Source of the DNA: Bacillota bacterium
GTDB taxonomy: Bacteria > Bacillota > Clostridia > Oscillospirales > Oscillospiraceae
Direction of reading: 5' to 3'
Length of the DNA: 62,367 nt
NCBI GenBank assembly: GCA_023406225.1
Contig: JAEXWS010000033.1
Span: 1 to 62,367 of the forward strand
The notes under the pieces are model-generated. The model did not search any database. It was not told the DNA's origin and saw only the letters and a list, made by a program, of their open reading frames with translations. The position numbers and the translations under genes are program-made. Shown in pieces: positions 9,268-18,387 of the stretch. Positions within the stretch are counted from its first letter, which is position 1; every line of letters begins with the position of its first letter.

Positions 9268-10770
9268 ATGATGGATTTTGTGAAGATTTACCCCGCCGAC
9301 AATGTGGCGGTGGCGCTGCGGGACGTGAAGGCGGGAGAGCAGGTCCAGGTGGACGGACGCGGCGTTTCCGTCCTGGAGGACATCCCCAACGGCCATAAGA
9401 TCGCCCTGGCGGACATTCCCCGGGGCGGGGACGTGGTGAAATACGGGAACCGCATCGGAACGGCCGCGGCGGAGATCCCCGCGGGAGGCTACGTCCACGA
9501 CCACAACGTGGCCACCTGCGCCAACAGCCGAAAAAGCTATACCTACACGCCGGACCCGGAGGCGATCTTCCCGGGGACCACGGAGGAGACCTTTTTGGGC
9601 TACCGCCGGAGCGACGGGAGCGTGGGCATCCGGAACCACCTGGCCATCATCCCCACGGTGTTCTGCGCCAACGGGCCGCTGCAAAAACTGGCCCGGATGG
9701 CGGAGGAGCGCTATCCTGCAAGCGGCCATTTCGACGGCGTGCTGCCTTTGACGCATCCCTATGGGTGCAGCCAGACGGGGAAGGACCTGGCGATGACCGC
9801 CGCCACCCTGGCGGGCGTCATCCGCAGCGCCAACTTCGGCGGCGTGCTGGTGGTGAGCCTCGGCTGTGAGATCAACGACCTTGCGACCCTGCGAAAGCAC
9901 ATGGGCCGCGTGGATGAGAGCCGGGTGAAGTTCCTGGTGCTGCAGGACAGCGACGACGAGTTCGCCGACGGGCTCCGGCTGTGCGGCGAGCTGATGGAGC
10001 AGATCGACCGGGACCGGCGGGAGCCGGTGAACCTCAGCGAGCTCCACATCGCCGTCAACTGCGGCGGCTCCGACGGTTTTTCCGGCATCACCGCCAACAA
10101 GCTGGTGGGCCGGGTGACGGAGGAGCTGGTGCGCCGGGGTGCCACCGTGAACATGACCGAGGTGCCGGAGATGTTCGGCGCGGAGCATCTGCTTATGAAC
10201 CGGGCGGCGGACAAGGCGGTGTTCGACGCGGAGGTGGACATGATCCAAAGCTACAACGACTATTTCCGGCGCTACGGAGAGAAGGTCAGCGACAATCCCA
10301 CCCAGGGCAACAAGGCGGGGGGCCTTTCCACCATCGAGGAAAAGTCCCTGGGCTGCATCCAGAAGGGCGGACGCTGCGCGGTGACGGAGGTCCTGCCCTA
10401 CGGCGGGCGGGCCACGCGGCACGGCTTTGTGCTGGTCTCCGGCCCGGGCAACGACCTTACCGGCGTCACCGGGCAGATCGCCGCCGGAGCGGTCCTGACC
10501 ATCTTCACCACCGGGCGGGGCACGCCCTGCGGCTTCGCGGGGCCCACCTTCCGCCTCTCCTCCAACAGCCGCCTGGCGGCCAAGAAGAGCGGGTGGATCG
10601 ACTTTGATGCGGGCGTGCTGTTGGAGCGGGATTCCCCGGAGGACCTGGCGGAGCTGACCGACCGGCTCTACCGGGCGGTCCTGGACACCTGCGGCGGCGC
10701 GTACCGCACCCGGAACGAGGAAAACGGCTATTATCAAATGGGGATCCTCCGGGACGGCGTGACGCTGTGA
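9268..10770 (+). CDS. uxaA: UxaA/GarD-family sugar-acid dehydratase with N-terminal SAF domain
   Basis: Motifs DNVAVAL, GHKIAL, HPYGCSQ, CGGSDGFSGITAN, NKAGGLSTIEEKSLG and FTTGRGTP. Confidence 0.88.
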   Translation: MMDFVKIYPADNVAVALRDVKAGEQVQVDGRGVSVLEDIPNGHKIALADIPRGGDVVKYGNRIGTAAAEIPAGGYVHDHNVATCANSRKSYTYTPDPEAIFPGTTEETFLGYRRSDGSVGIRNHLAIIPTVFCANGPLQKLARMAEERYPASGHFDGVLPLTHPYGCSQTGKDLAMTAATLAGVIRSANFGGVLVVSLGCEINDLATLRKHMGRVDESRVKFLVLQDSDDEFADGLRLCGELMEQIDRDRREPVNLSELHIAVNCGGSDGFSGITANKLVGRVTEELVRRGATVNMTEVPEMFGAEHLLMNRAADKAVFDAEVDMIQSYNDYFRRYGEKVSDNPTQGNKAGGLSTIEEKSLGCIQKGGRCAVTEVLPYGGRATRHGFVLVSGPGNDLTGVTGQIAAGAVLTIFTTGRGTPCGFAGPTFRLSSNSRLAAKKSGWIDFDAGVLLERDSPEDLAELTDRLYRAVLDTCGGAYRTRNEENGYYQMGILRDGVTL

Positions 10771-10793
10771 CCGGAGGAGAAAGGGAGGACGAT

Positions 10794-11441
10794 ATGAGCA
10801 ATTCTGTATTGGAGACGATTTTGGAGACGAAGGTCATCGCCATCGTCCGGGGCGTTCCCAGCGGGCAGATCGCGGCTTTGGCCGGGGCCATCCGGGCGGG
10901 GGGGCTGCGCTGCCTGGAGGTCACCTTCGACCACGCCGCCTCCGGCGGTATCCAGGATACCCTGGCGTCCATCCGGCTGCTGCGCGGGGAATTTCCGGAC
11001 ATGTGCATCGGCGCGGGCACGGTGATGAGCGTGGAGGAGGTCCGCCAGGCCAGGGAGGCGGGCGCGGGCTATATCATCTCCCCCAACACCGACGAGGCCG
11101 TTATCCGGGAGACGAAGGCCCTGGGCCTTACGTCCATCCCCGGGGCCATGACCCCCTCCGAGGCGGCGAACGCCTGGAAGTGGGGGGCGGACCTGGTGAA
11201 GCTGTTCCCCGCGGGCGTGCTGGGACCGGAGTATATCAAGGCGCTGAAGGCGCCCCTCAAGCACATCCCCGTTACCGCCGTGGGCGGCGTTACCCCGCAG
11301 AACGCGCCGGACTTTCTGGCGGCGGGCTGCGCGGGCGTCGGCGTGGGGGGCAATCTGGTGTCCCCGAAGCTGGTGGCCGAGGGGCGGCTGGAGGAGATCG
11401 CGGAGACCGCCCGGGCGTACGGGAAAGCTGTTGGGAGGTGA
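10794..11441 (+). CDS. eda: KDPG/KHG (or KDPGal) aldolase
   Basis: Motifs IAIVRG, LEVT, GAGTV, PGAMTPSE, VKLFPA and GGV. Confidence 0.9.
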   Translation: MSNSVLETILETKVIAIVRGVPSGQIAALAGAIRAGGLRCLEVTFDHAASGGIQDTLASIRLLRGEFPDMCIGAGTVMSVEEVRQAREAGAGYIISPNTDEAVIRETKALGLTSIPGAMTPSEAANAWKWGADLVKLFPAGVLGPEYIKALKAPLKHIPVTAVGGVTPQNAPDFLAAGCAGVGVGGNLVSPKLVAEGRLEEIAETARAYGKAVGR

Positions 11442-11446
11442 GCGCC

Positions 11447-12448
11447 GTGGCGGGAGGACTGACCGCTTATTTCGACGTGGGCACCACGAACCTGCGGCTG
11501 TATCTTCTGGATGAGCGCCTGGAGACGCTGGCGGTCCTGCGCCGCGCGCTGGGGGCCCGGGACGCGGCCATCGCCGGGTCCCGCCGGCCTCTTCTGGAGG
11601 GGATGGGAGAGGCGTACCGCCAGGTTTTGAAAGACGCCGGGGCGGCGGATGGAGACGTGAAGGCCGTCTATGCCTCGGGCATGGTCACCTCGCCTTACGG
11701 CCTGCGGGAGATCCCCCACTTTCCCGCCCCGGCCACGGCGGAGGAATTCGCCCGCGGGGGCGTCACGCCCTGCTTTGAACCCGAGGTGTTCGGGCGGGAG
11801 CTTTGGCTGGTGGCGGGGCTGAAGACCGTGGGCGCGGACATCTCCTCCACCAACAACACCCGGGGAGAGGAGATCGAGACGCTGGGGGTCCTGCCGGAGC
11901 TGGAGCGGCGCTTTCCGGGACGGCAGGCCGCCGTCATCCTGCCCGGGTCCCACACCCATGTCCTGCTGGCGGGGCAGGGGCGGCTGGAGGGCATCCTCTC
12001 CACCTTCACCGGCGAGCTGTTCCAGGCCATCCGGGAGGAGACGGTGCTGGCTCCGGTGCTGGAAACGCCGTCGGACCACCCGGACCCGGACGCGGTGGCC
12101 CTGGGAATGGAGAATCTTGAACGGTACGGCTTCAACCGGGCGCTTTACATCGGCCATGCCATGCGCGTTTTTGAGGAGGGCACGCCCCACAGCCGCCGCT
12201 GTTACTGCGAGGCGGTGATCTCCGGCGGCGTGATCCAGGCCCTGGACGCCTGCTGCCGGGAGCGGTGGAGCGCCTGCGACGTCGCATTGGTGGTGGCGGG
12301 ACCTTATATGGCGGAGCTGTTCGGACTGCTGCTGCGGCGCAGCGAACGCATCCGCCGTTGGGAGAGCCTGACGCCCTCCGGCGAGGACGGCTTTGCCCTG
12401 GAGGGCCTGCGCCGGATCATAAGGATCAGAGAAAGGAACGATTTATGA
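11447..12448 (+). CDS. dgoK: 2-keto-3-deoxy-galactonokinase family kinase
   Basis: Motifs DVGTTNLRLY, SGMVTSPYGL, RGEEIE, LPGSHT and TGELF. GTG start (11438 is also possible). Confidence 0.8.
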   Translation: MAGGLTAYFDVGTTNLRLYLLDERLETLAVLRRALGARDAAIAGSRRPLLEGMGEAYRQVLKDAGAADGDVKAVYASGMVTSPYGLREIPHFPAPATAEEFARGGVTPCFEPEVFGRELWLVAGLKTVGADISSTNNTRGEEIETLGVLPELERRFPGRQAAVILPGSHTHVLLAGQGRLEGILSTFTGELFQAIREETVLAPVLETPSDHPDPDAVALGMENLERYGFNRALYIGHAMRVFEEGTPHSRRCYCEAVISGGVIQALDACCRERWSACDVALVVAGPYMAELFGLLLRRSERIRRWESLTPSGEDGFALEGLRRIIRIRERNDL

Positions 12449-13398
12449 GCAAACGGGTTTTGGTGACCTCACGATCTTTTGGGTCCATCGACTCCACGCC
12501 CCTGGATATTTTGAATGACGCCGGATGCAGCGTGACGCTGATGGGCAGGGACTTTGCGATGGACCGCTTTGAGGCGGCGGTGGTGGACTGCGACGTTCTC
12601 ATTATCGGCGCCCACGAATTTTCCCCCGCGCTGATGGCCCGGTGCAAAAAGCTGCGGCTGATCTGCAAGCACGGCGCGGGGCTGGACAACATCCACCTGG
12701 ACGAGGCGGCGGCCCAGGGCGTGGCGGTGTGCAACGCGCCGGGCACCAACGCGAACGCGGTGGCGGACCTGACGCTGGGCCTGATGCTCTGCTGCGCCCG
12801 GCACATCGCCTTGGCGGACCGCCGGGTGCGGGCGGGGGCGTGGAAGTCCCACACCGGGCGGGATGTGTGCGGCAAGACCCTGGGCCTTCTGGGGTTTGGC
12901 AGCGTGGCCCGGAACGTGGCCCGCCGGGCCGCAGGCTTCGACATGCAGGTGCTGGCCTACGATCCCTTCCTCAAGGAACTGCCCGCGGGCTTTCCCCACG
13001 TCCGCCTCTGCGCCGACGTGATGGAGGTGATCTCCGGATGCGACTTCCTCTCCGCCCATCTCCCCCTGACGGAGGAGACCCGGAACATTGTGGGAGAGAA
13101 GGAGATGGCCGCCATGCGGCCCGGGTCCTATCTCATCAACACCGCCCGGGGCGGCGTGGTGGATGAGGCGGCGCTGTACCGGGCGCTGGTATCCGGCCAT
13201 TTGGCCGGGGCGGCCATGGACGTTGCCGCCGAGGAGCCCATGCCGCCGGACCATCCCCTGCTGACGCTGGACAACGTGGTGGTGACGCCCCACATCGGCA
13301 TGTACTCCAAGGAGGCCATCAACGCGGTCAGCATCATCTGCGCGGAAAACGCCGCCGCCTGCCTGACGGGCGGGGCGCTCAAATTCCAGGTGGTCTGA
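12445..13398 (+). CDS. Second D-2-hydroxyacid (phosphoglycerate-like) dehydrogenase
   Basis: Motifs KHGAGLDNI, NANAVAD, GLLGFGSVA, INTARGGVVDE and TPHIG. Confidence 0.85.
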   Translation: MSKRVLVTSRSFGSIDSTPLDILNDAGCSVTLMGRDFAMDRFEAAVVDCDVLIIGAHEFSPALMARCKKLRLICKHGAGLDNIHLDEAAAQGVAVCNAPGTNANAVADLTLGLMLCCARHIALADRRVRAGAWKSHTGRDVCGKTLGLLGFGSVARNVARRAAGFDMQVLAYDPFLKELPAGFPHVRLCADVMEVISGCDFLSAHLPLTEETRNIVGEKEMAAMRPGSYLINTARGGVVDEAALYRALVSGHLAGAAMDVAAEEPMPPDHPLLTLDNVVVTPHIGMYSKEAINAVSIICAENAAACLTGGALKFQVV

Positions 13399-13404
13399 GA
13401 GAGT

Positions 13405-13435
13405 GGGGCTGAACGGAAGTTCGGCCCCGTTTCTT
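13405..13435 (+). terminator. Rho-independent terminator ending the catabolic operon
   Basis: GGGGCTGAAC-GGAA-GTTCGGCCCC followed by GTTTCTT. Confidence 0.6.
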
Positions 13436-13503
13436 GAAGAAGATGACAAAATGTGATATCATATACCTCGATCCCGAAACCTGCCTCTGGAAAGGAGCCC
13501 GCC

Positions 13504-15255
13504 ATGTGGTCGCTGGATAAGCCCTGTGAATTTCCCTCCTCCGCCCTTCGCGCCGTGATTCGGAACACGCCCAACGGCATCCTGTTTTTTGACGACGATT
13601 TTCAGGTGGTTTTTGCAAATCCGGCGGCGGCCCGGCTGCTGGGTCTGCCCTATCCGCTGGAGGAGAGCCTGGACGTGCGGACGCTGACGGGCCCGCTGGA
13701 CCTGCAGCGCCTGGAGGAGGGGGCGACCCTGATCATGCGCCGGGGGAACGATCTGTTCCATTACAGGCTCTTGTCCATGCAGGAGGGCGGGAGGTCCACG
13801 GGACACGCCCTGATTCTGATGGAGTCCGAAGAGGTGCTGCACTCCAAGTCGGAGCTGGAGGCGGCCTGGAAGCTGACGAGCGAGATGGAGGAGATCCTGG
13901 AAGGCTCCTTCGACGGCATCCTGGTCACGGACGGGGAGGGCAACGTCCAGTTCGTCAACAGCTCTTATGAACGGGTGGCCGCCATCCCGAAAAAAGAGCT
14001 GGCGGGCCGGAACATGAGAGCTCTTATCAACCCGGTGTGGATGGAGAACTCCGTGGCCTTCGTGGTCATGGACGAGCGGAGGCCCGTCTCCAAGCGCCAG
14101 GTGACGAAGGACGGCCGGGATATCATCGTCACCGGCAAGCCCGTCTTTGACGACGCGGGCAACATCAAGCGCATCGTCATCAACGCCCGGGACATTACGG
14201 AGATTTTTCAGCTCCGGGAGGAGCTGCTCAACGCCAAGAACCGGGAGCTGCAGCACTACCAAAGCGTCCTCAGCACCACCGATGTTGAGACGGAAAAGGT
14301 GGTGGCTGTCAGCGAGAACATCAAGAAGGTGTTCACCCTGGCAAAGCGGGTGGGGCCCTTTGACGCCACGGTGCTGATCCTGGGCGAGTCCGGCGCGGGC
14401 AAGGAAGAGGTGGCCCGCCAGATCCACAACAGCAGCATGCGCCGGGACCGCGCCCTGGTGACCATCAACTGCGGCGCCATCCCGGAAAATCTGCTGGAAA
14501 GCGAGCTGTTCGGCTATGAGAGGGGGGCGTTCACCGGAGCCTCCAACGCCGGGAAGATCGGCCTGCTGGAGGCCGCGGACGGCGGCACGGTCTTTTTGGA
14601 CGAGATCGGGGAGATCCCCCTCTCCTTCCAGGTGAAGCTGCTGCGGGTGCTGGAGACGAAACAGGTGACCAGGGTGGGCGGCGTCCGGGCCAAGAGCATC
14701 GATGTGCGCTTCGTGGCGGCCACCAACCGGGACTTGAGCAAAATGGTGCGGGAGGGGACCTTCCGGGAGGACCTCTATTACCGGCTCAACGTCGTCTCCA
14801 TCACCGTGCCGCCCCTGCGCCAGCGGCGGGAGGACATCCTGCCCCTGAGCCTCTATTTCCTCAATATGTTCAACCGCAAGTACAACCAAAACAAGGTCAT
14901 GACGCCGGAGGTCATCAAGCGGATGGAGGAGTACGACTGGGAGGGCAACGTCCGGGAGCTGCGCAACGTCATGGAGCATATGGTCATCATGAGCCACAGC
15001 GTCCAGCTCCAGATCAGCGACGTGCCCTGGATCATCTGCCAATGCGCCGGAAAGGAGCCGGACCCGCTGGCTCCCCCGCCTGCGGCGGAGGCGGAGACGG
15101 AGACGACCGATTTGAACCAGGCGGTGCAGGCGCTGGAGCAGCGGCTGCTGCTTCAGGCCAGGGATGCCTGCGGCTCCACCCGGGAGATGGCCCGCTATTT
15201 GAACGTGGACCAGTCCACCGTGGTCCGCAAGCTGCGCAAATACGGGATGAGCTGA
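13504..15255 (+). CDS. Sigma-54-dependent activator (PAS-PAS-AAA+-TyrR-type HTH)
   Basis: Walker A GESGAGKE, intact GAFTGA, FLDEIGE, FREDLYYRLNV, and C-terminal STREMARYLNVDQSTVVRKL. Confidence 0.93.
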   Translation: MWSLDKPCEFPSSALRAVIRNTPNGILFFDDDFQVVFANPAAARLLGLPYPLEESLDVRTLTGPLDLQRLEEGATLIMRRGNDLFHYRLLSMQEGGRSTGHALILMESEEVLHSKSELEAAWKLTSEMEEILEGSFDGILVTDGEGNVQFVNSSYERVAAIPKKELAGRNMRALINPVWMENSVAFVVMDERRPVSKRQVTKDGRDIIVTGKPVFDDAGNIKRIVINARDITEIFQLREELLNAKNRELQHYQSVLSTTDVETEKVVAVSENIKKVFTLAKRVGPFDATVLILGESGAGKEEVARQIHNSSMRRDRALVTINCGAIPENLLESELFGYERGAFTGASNAGKIGLLEAADGGTVFLDEIGEIPLSFQVKLLRVLETKQVTRVGGVRAKSIDVRFVAATNRDLSKMVREGTFREDLYYRLNVVSITVPPLRQRREDILPLSLYFLNMFNRKYNQNKVMTPEVIKRMEEYDWEGNVRELRNVMEHMVIMSHSVQLQISDVPWIICQCAGKEPDPLAPPPAAEAETETTDLNQAVQALEQRLLLQARDACGSTREMARYLNVDQSTVVRKLRKYGMS

Positions 15256-15342
15256 GAGATCAAACGAGCGCCGGCCAAAAGGCCGGCGCTCGTTTCCGTG
15301 GAAGGACCGCCGCGGGGCCGGGAGGGCGGCTCCGGGCGCGGT

Positions 15343-16203
15343 TTACTGCTTTTCGTACCGGTAGAAGCCCTCGCCGGACTTCCGTCCCAGCATCCCCGCG
15401 TCCACAAAGCGCTGCAGGACCGGGCTGGGGCGGAAGCGGTCGCCGTAGGCGTCGAAGAGAATCTGGTCCACGCTGACGTTCAGATCGTGGCCAAGCTGGT
15501 CCAGCAGCTTGCAGATGCCCACGGGGTGGCCCAGGCCGTACACACAGATCTTGTCGATATCCTCGGGCGTGGCCACACCCTCTTCCACCAGGCGCATGGC
15601 CTCGCCGTAAAAGACGTGGAACAGCCGGTTCAGGGCGAAGCCGGTGACGTCCTTCACCCGCACGGGCTCCTTCCCGATGGAGAGCAGCAGCTCCGTGACG
15701 GCGTCGGCCGTCTCGTCGGAGGTCAGGAGGCCCGGGATGACCTCCACCAGCTTCATGACGCTGGCGGGGGAGTTGAAGTGCATGCCCGCGAAGCGGGCGG
15801 CCCGCTCCCGGCTGACCGCGGCGGCCAGCTTGGTGATGGAGATGCTGGAGGTGTTGGAGGCCAGGATGGTCTCGGACTTGCAGATGCCGTCCAGCTTGCG
15901 GAAGGTGTCGGACTTGATCTCCAGGTTTTCCAGGACCGCCTCGATGATGAGGTCGCAATCCGCCATCAGCGTCAGGTCCGCCGTGGGAGTCACCCGGGCC
16001 AGGACGTCCTGCTTTTGCTCCTCGGTGAGTTTGCCCTTGGCCACCTGCTTGGAGAGGACCGCGTCCTGCTTCTTTTTTCCGCCGTCGGCAAACTCCTGCT
16101 TGATATCCGCCAGCACCACGTCCATGCCGCTGCGGGCAAAGCACAGGGCGATCTCCGCGCCCATCATTCCCGCGCCGACGACACCGATCTTTTGAAAGTT
16201 CAT
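15343..16203 (-). CDS. hbd: 3-hydroxyacyl(butyryl)-CoA dehydrogenase
   Basis: Motifs GVVGAGMMG, IIEAVLE, LASNTSSISI, GMHF, GFALNR and GRKSGEGFY. Confidence 0.9.
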   Translation of the reverse strand: MNFQKIGVVGAGMMGAEIALCFARSGMDVVLADIKQEFADGGKKKQDAVLSKQVAKGKLTEEQKQDVLARVTPTADLTLMADCDLIIEAVLENLEIKSDTFRKLDGICKSETILASNTSSISITKLAAAVSRERAARFAGMHFNSPASVMKLVEVIPGLLTSDETADAVTELLLSIGKEPVRVKDVTGFALNRLFHVFYGEAMRLVEEGVATPEDIDKICVYGLGHPVGICKLLDQLGHDLNVSVDQILFDAYGDRFRPSPVLQRFVDAGMLGRKSGEGFYRYEKQ

Positions 16204-16225
16204 TTCATTCGCTCCTATTCGTTTC

Positions 16226-17434
16226 TTATTCGCAGTTTTCCACGATGACGGCCATGCCCTGGCCGCCGCCGATGCAAAGGCTCTCCAGTCCGTACCGGGC
16301 CCCCCGGCGCTTCATCTCATAGATCAGGGTGGTCAGCAGCCGGGTGCCGCTGTTGGCCAGGGCGTGGCCGTGGGCGATGGCGCCGCCGTTGACGTTGACG
16401 CGCTTATAAAGCTCCGTGCCCATGTCCATGCCCAGCTCCTTCAAGCAGCCCAGGGATTGGGCCGCAAAGGCCTCGTTCAGCTCGATCAGGTCCATGTCCT
16501 CCAGTTGCAGGCCGGTCTTTTTCAAGACCTTCCGGATGGCGGGCACGGGACCCAGGCCCATATACCGGGGGTCCACGCCGGCGCTGGAGGTGGCCAGGAT
16601 GCGCACCAGGGGTTTCAGGCCCAGTTCCCGGGCCTTGTCCTCGCTCATGACCACCACGGCGGAGGAGCCGTCGTTCATGCCGGAGGAGTTGCCCGCGGTA
16701 ACGATGCCGTCGGGCTTGAAGGCGGGCTTCAGCTTGGCCAGGGATTCCATGGTGGTGTCGGGCTTGGGATGCTCGTCGGTGTCGAAAACGAAGCTGCTCC
16801 GGCGGTCCTTCACCTCAAAGGGGAAGATCTCGTCCTTGAATTTTCCGGCGTCCTGGGCGGCCTTGGTCTTGCGCTGGCTGTCCACGGAGAAGGCGTCCAG
16901 CTCCTCCCGGGTCATGTGGTAGCGGGCGGCCACGTTTTCCGCGGTGATGCCCATGTTGGTGCCGGGATACTTGGCCTGGGGCTGGACGATGGTCACGCCG
17001 TGGGAGAAGGTGTCGTACAGGGGCTTGTCGCCCATGCGCAGGGGCTGGTAGCGGGCGGTGGGGGGCAGGTAATAGGTCATGCGGGACATGACCTCCACGC
17101 CGCCCGCCACGATGATGTCCGCCTCGTCGGCGGCGATCTCGTAGCAGGCGCTCTGCACCGCTTGAAGAGAGGACGCGCACTGGCGGTCCACGGTGTAGGC
17201 CGGGGTCTCCTCGGGCACGCCCGCCATCAGCGAGGCGCAGCGGGCCACGTTGGGCGTGTAGCCGTACACGTCTCCGAAAATGACCTGGTCGATCTGGCTC
17301 AGGTCCACGCCGCCCCGCTTGGCGGCCTCCTGGATGGCGGCGGCGCCCAGGTCCTGGGCCTCCACGGTCTTGAGGCTTCCTAAGTACCCGCCCACGGCGG
17401 ACCGGGCCGCGCCGGTGATGACAATGTTTTTCAT
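16226..17434 (-). CDS. Acetyl-CoA C-acyltransferase (thiolase)
   Basis: Motifs QCASSL, TAGNSSGMNDG, ELNEAFAAQ, NGGAIAHGH and CIGGGQG. ATG after AGGAGG. Confidence 0.92.
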   Translation of the reverse strand: MKNIVITGAARSAVGGYLGSLKTVEAQDLGAAAIQEAAKRGGVDLSQIDQVIFGDVYGYTPNVARCASLMAGVPEETPAYTVDRQCASSLQAVQSACYEIAADEADIIVAGGVEVMSRMTYYLPPTARYQPLRMGDKPLYDTFSHGVTIVQPQAKYPGTNMGITAENVAARYHMTREELDAFSVDSQRKTKAAQDAGKFKDEIFPFEVKDRRSSFVFDTDEHPKPDTTMESLAKLKPAFKPDGIVTAGNSSGMNDGSSAVVVMSEDKARELGLKPLVRILATSSAGVDPRYMGLGPVPAIRKVLKKTGLQLEDMDLIELNEAFAAQSLGCLKELGMDMGTELYKRVNVNGGAIAHGHALANSGTRLLTTLIYEMKRRGARYGLESLCIGGGQGMAVIVENCE

Positions 17435-17454
17435 AATTCCTCCTGTTGTCCGGC

Positions 17455-18225
17455 TCAGCGTCCGGTGAATACGGGCTTCCGCTTCTCCAAAAACGCGGCC
17501 ATGCCCTCCTTTTGATCCTGGTGGTTGAACAGCTCCGCCCAAAGAGCGGCCTCGTGGGCGCAGGCGTCGGTGAAGTCCGGGTGGCCCACGCCGTATTCGA
17601 TGGCGTTCTTGGCCGCCGCCAGGGCCAGGCTGCTGCGGGTGCAGAGCTTGGCGGCCCACTTCCGGGCCGTGGGCAGCAGTTCCTCCCGCTCCACCGCCAG
17701 ATTCGCAAGGCCGATGCGCTCCGCCTCCGCGCCGTCCACCACCCGGCTGAGATAGATCAGCTCTTTGGCCTTGGCCTCGCCCACCAGCCGGGGCAGCAGC
17801 ACCGTGCCGCCCGCGCCGGGGATGATGCCCAGGTTCAGCTCCGTCAGTCCCAGCTTGGCGGTCTTTGCGGCGATGCGGAAATCGCACCGGAGGGCCAGCT
17901 CCAGCCCGCCGCCGAAGGCGTAGCCGTCCACCACGGCGATGGTGGGGATGGGCAGGGACTGGATCTTGTTATAGGTGGGGGTGAACAAAAAGGCACGTGC
18001 CCCCGCCTCGTCGCAGGGGGCCATGTCCTTGATGTCCGCGCCGGCGGCGAAGTTCTCCTCGCTGTAAAACAGCAGGACCCGGATGCCCTCGTCCGCCCGT
18101 ACCTCCTCCACCAGCGCGTCCATCTCGTCCACGATGGCGCGGGATAGGGCGTTCAGCGCCTCGGGCCGCAGAACTTTGATGGTGGCCGTCTGGCCGTCCC
18201 GTTCCAGAATGATTTGTCTGCTCAT
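17455..18225 (-). CDS. crt: Enoyl-CoA hydratase (crotonase family)
   Basis: Motifs RPEALNAL, FAAGADI, GYAFGGGLELA, ELNLGIIPGAGGT and EGMAAFLEKR. Confidence 0.88.
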   Translation of the reverse strand: MSRQIILERDGQTATIKVLRPEALNALSRAIVDEMDALVEEVRADEGIRVLLFYSEENFAAGADIKDMAPCDEAGARAFLFTPTYNKIQSLPIPTIAVVDGYAFGGGLELALRCDFRIAAKTAKLGLTELNLGIIPGAGGTVLLPRLVGEAKAKELIYLSRVVDGAEAERIGLANLAVEREELLPTARKWAAKLCTRSSLALAAAKNAIEYGVGHPDFTDACAHEAALWAELFNHQDQKEGMAAFLEKRKPVFTGR

Positions 18226-18387
18226 ATGCGCTCCTTTCCTCTGGGGAAATTCTTTCAAATTCAGGATACCCGCCCCCCCTTTGAGAAAGTTATTTGAAAT
18301 CTTTGCAAATTCTTTGTTTTCATAGAATGCTCTTTGTGATACACTAAAAATGTAAAAATGCATTTAAATTGGAGAGGGGATGGGCGG

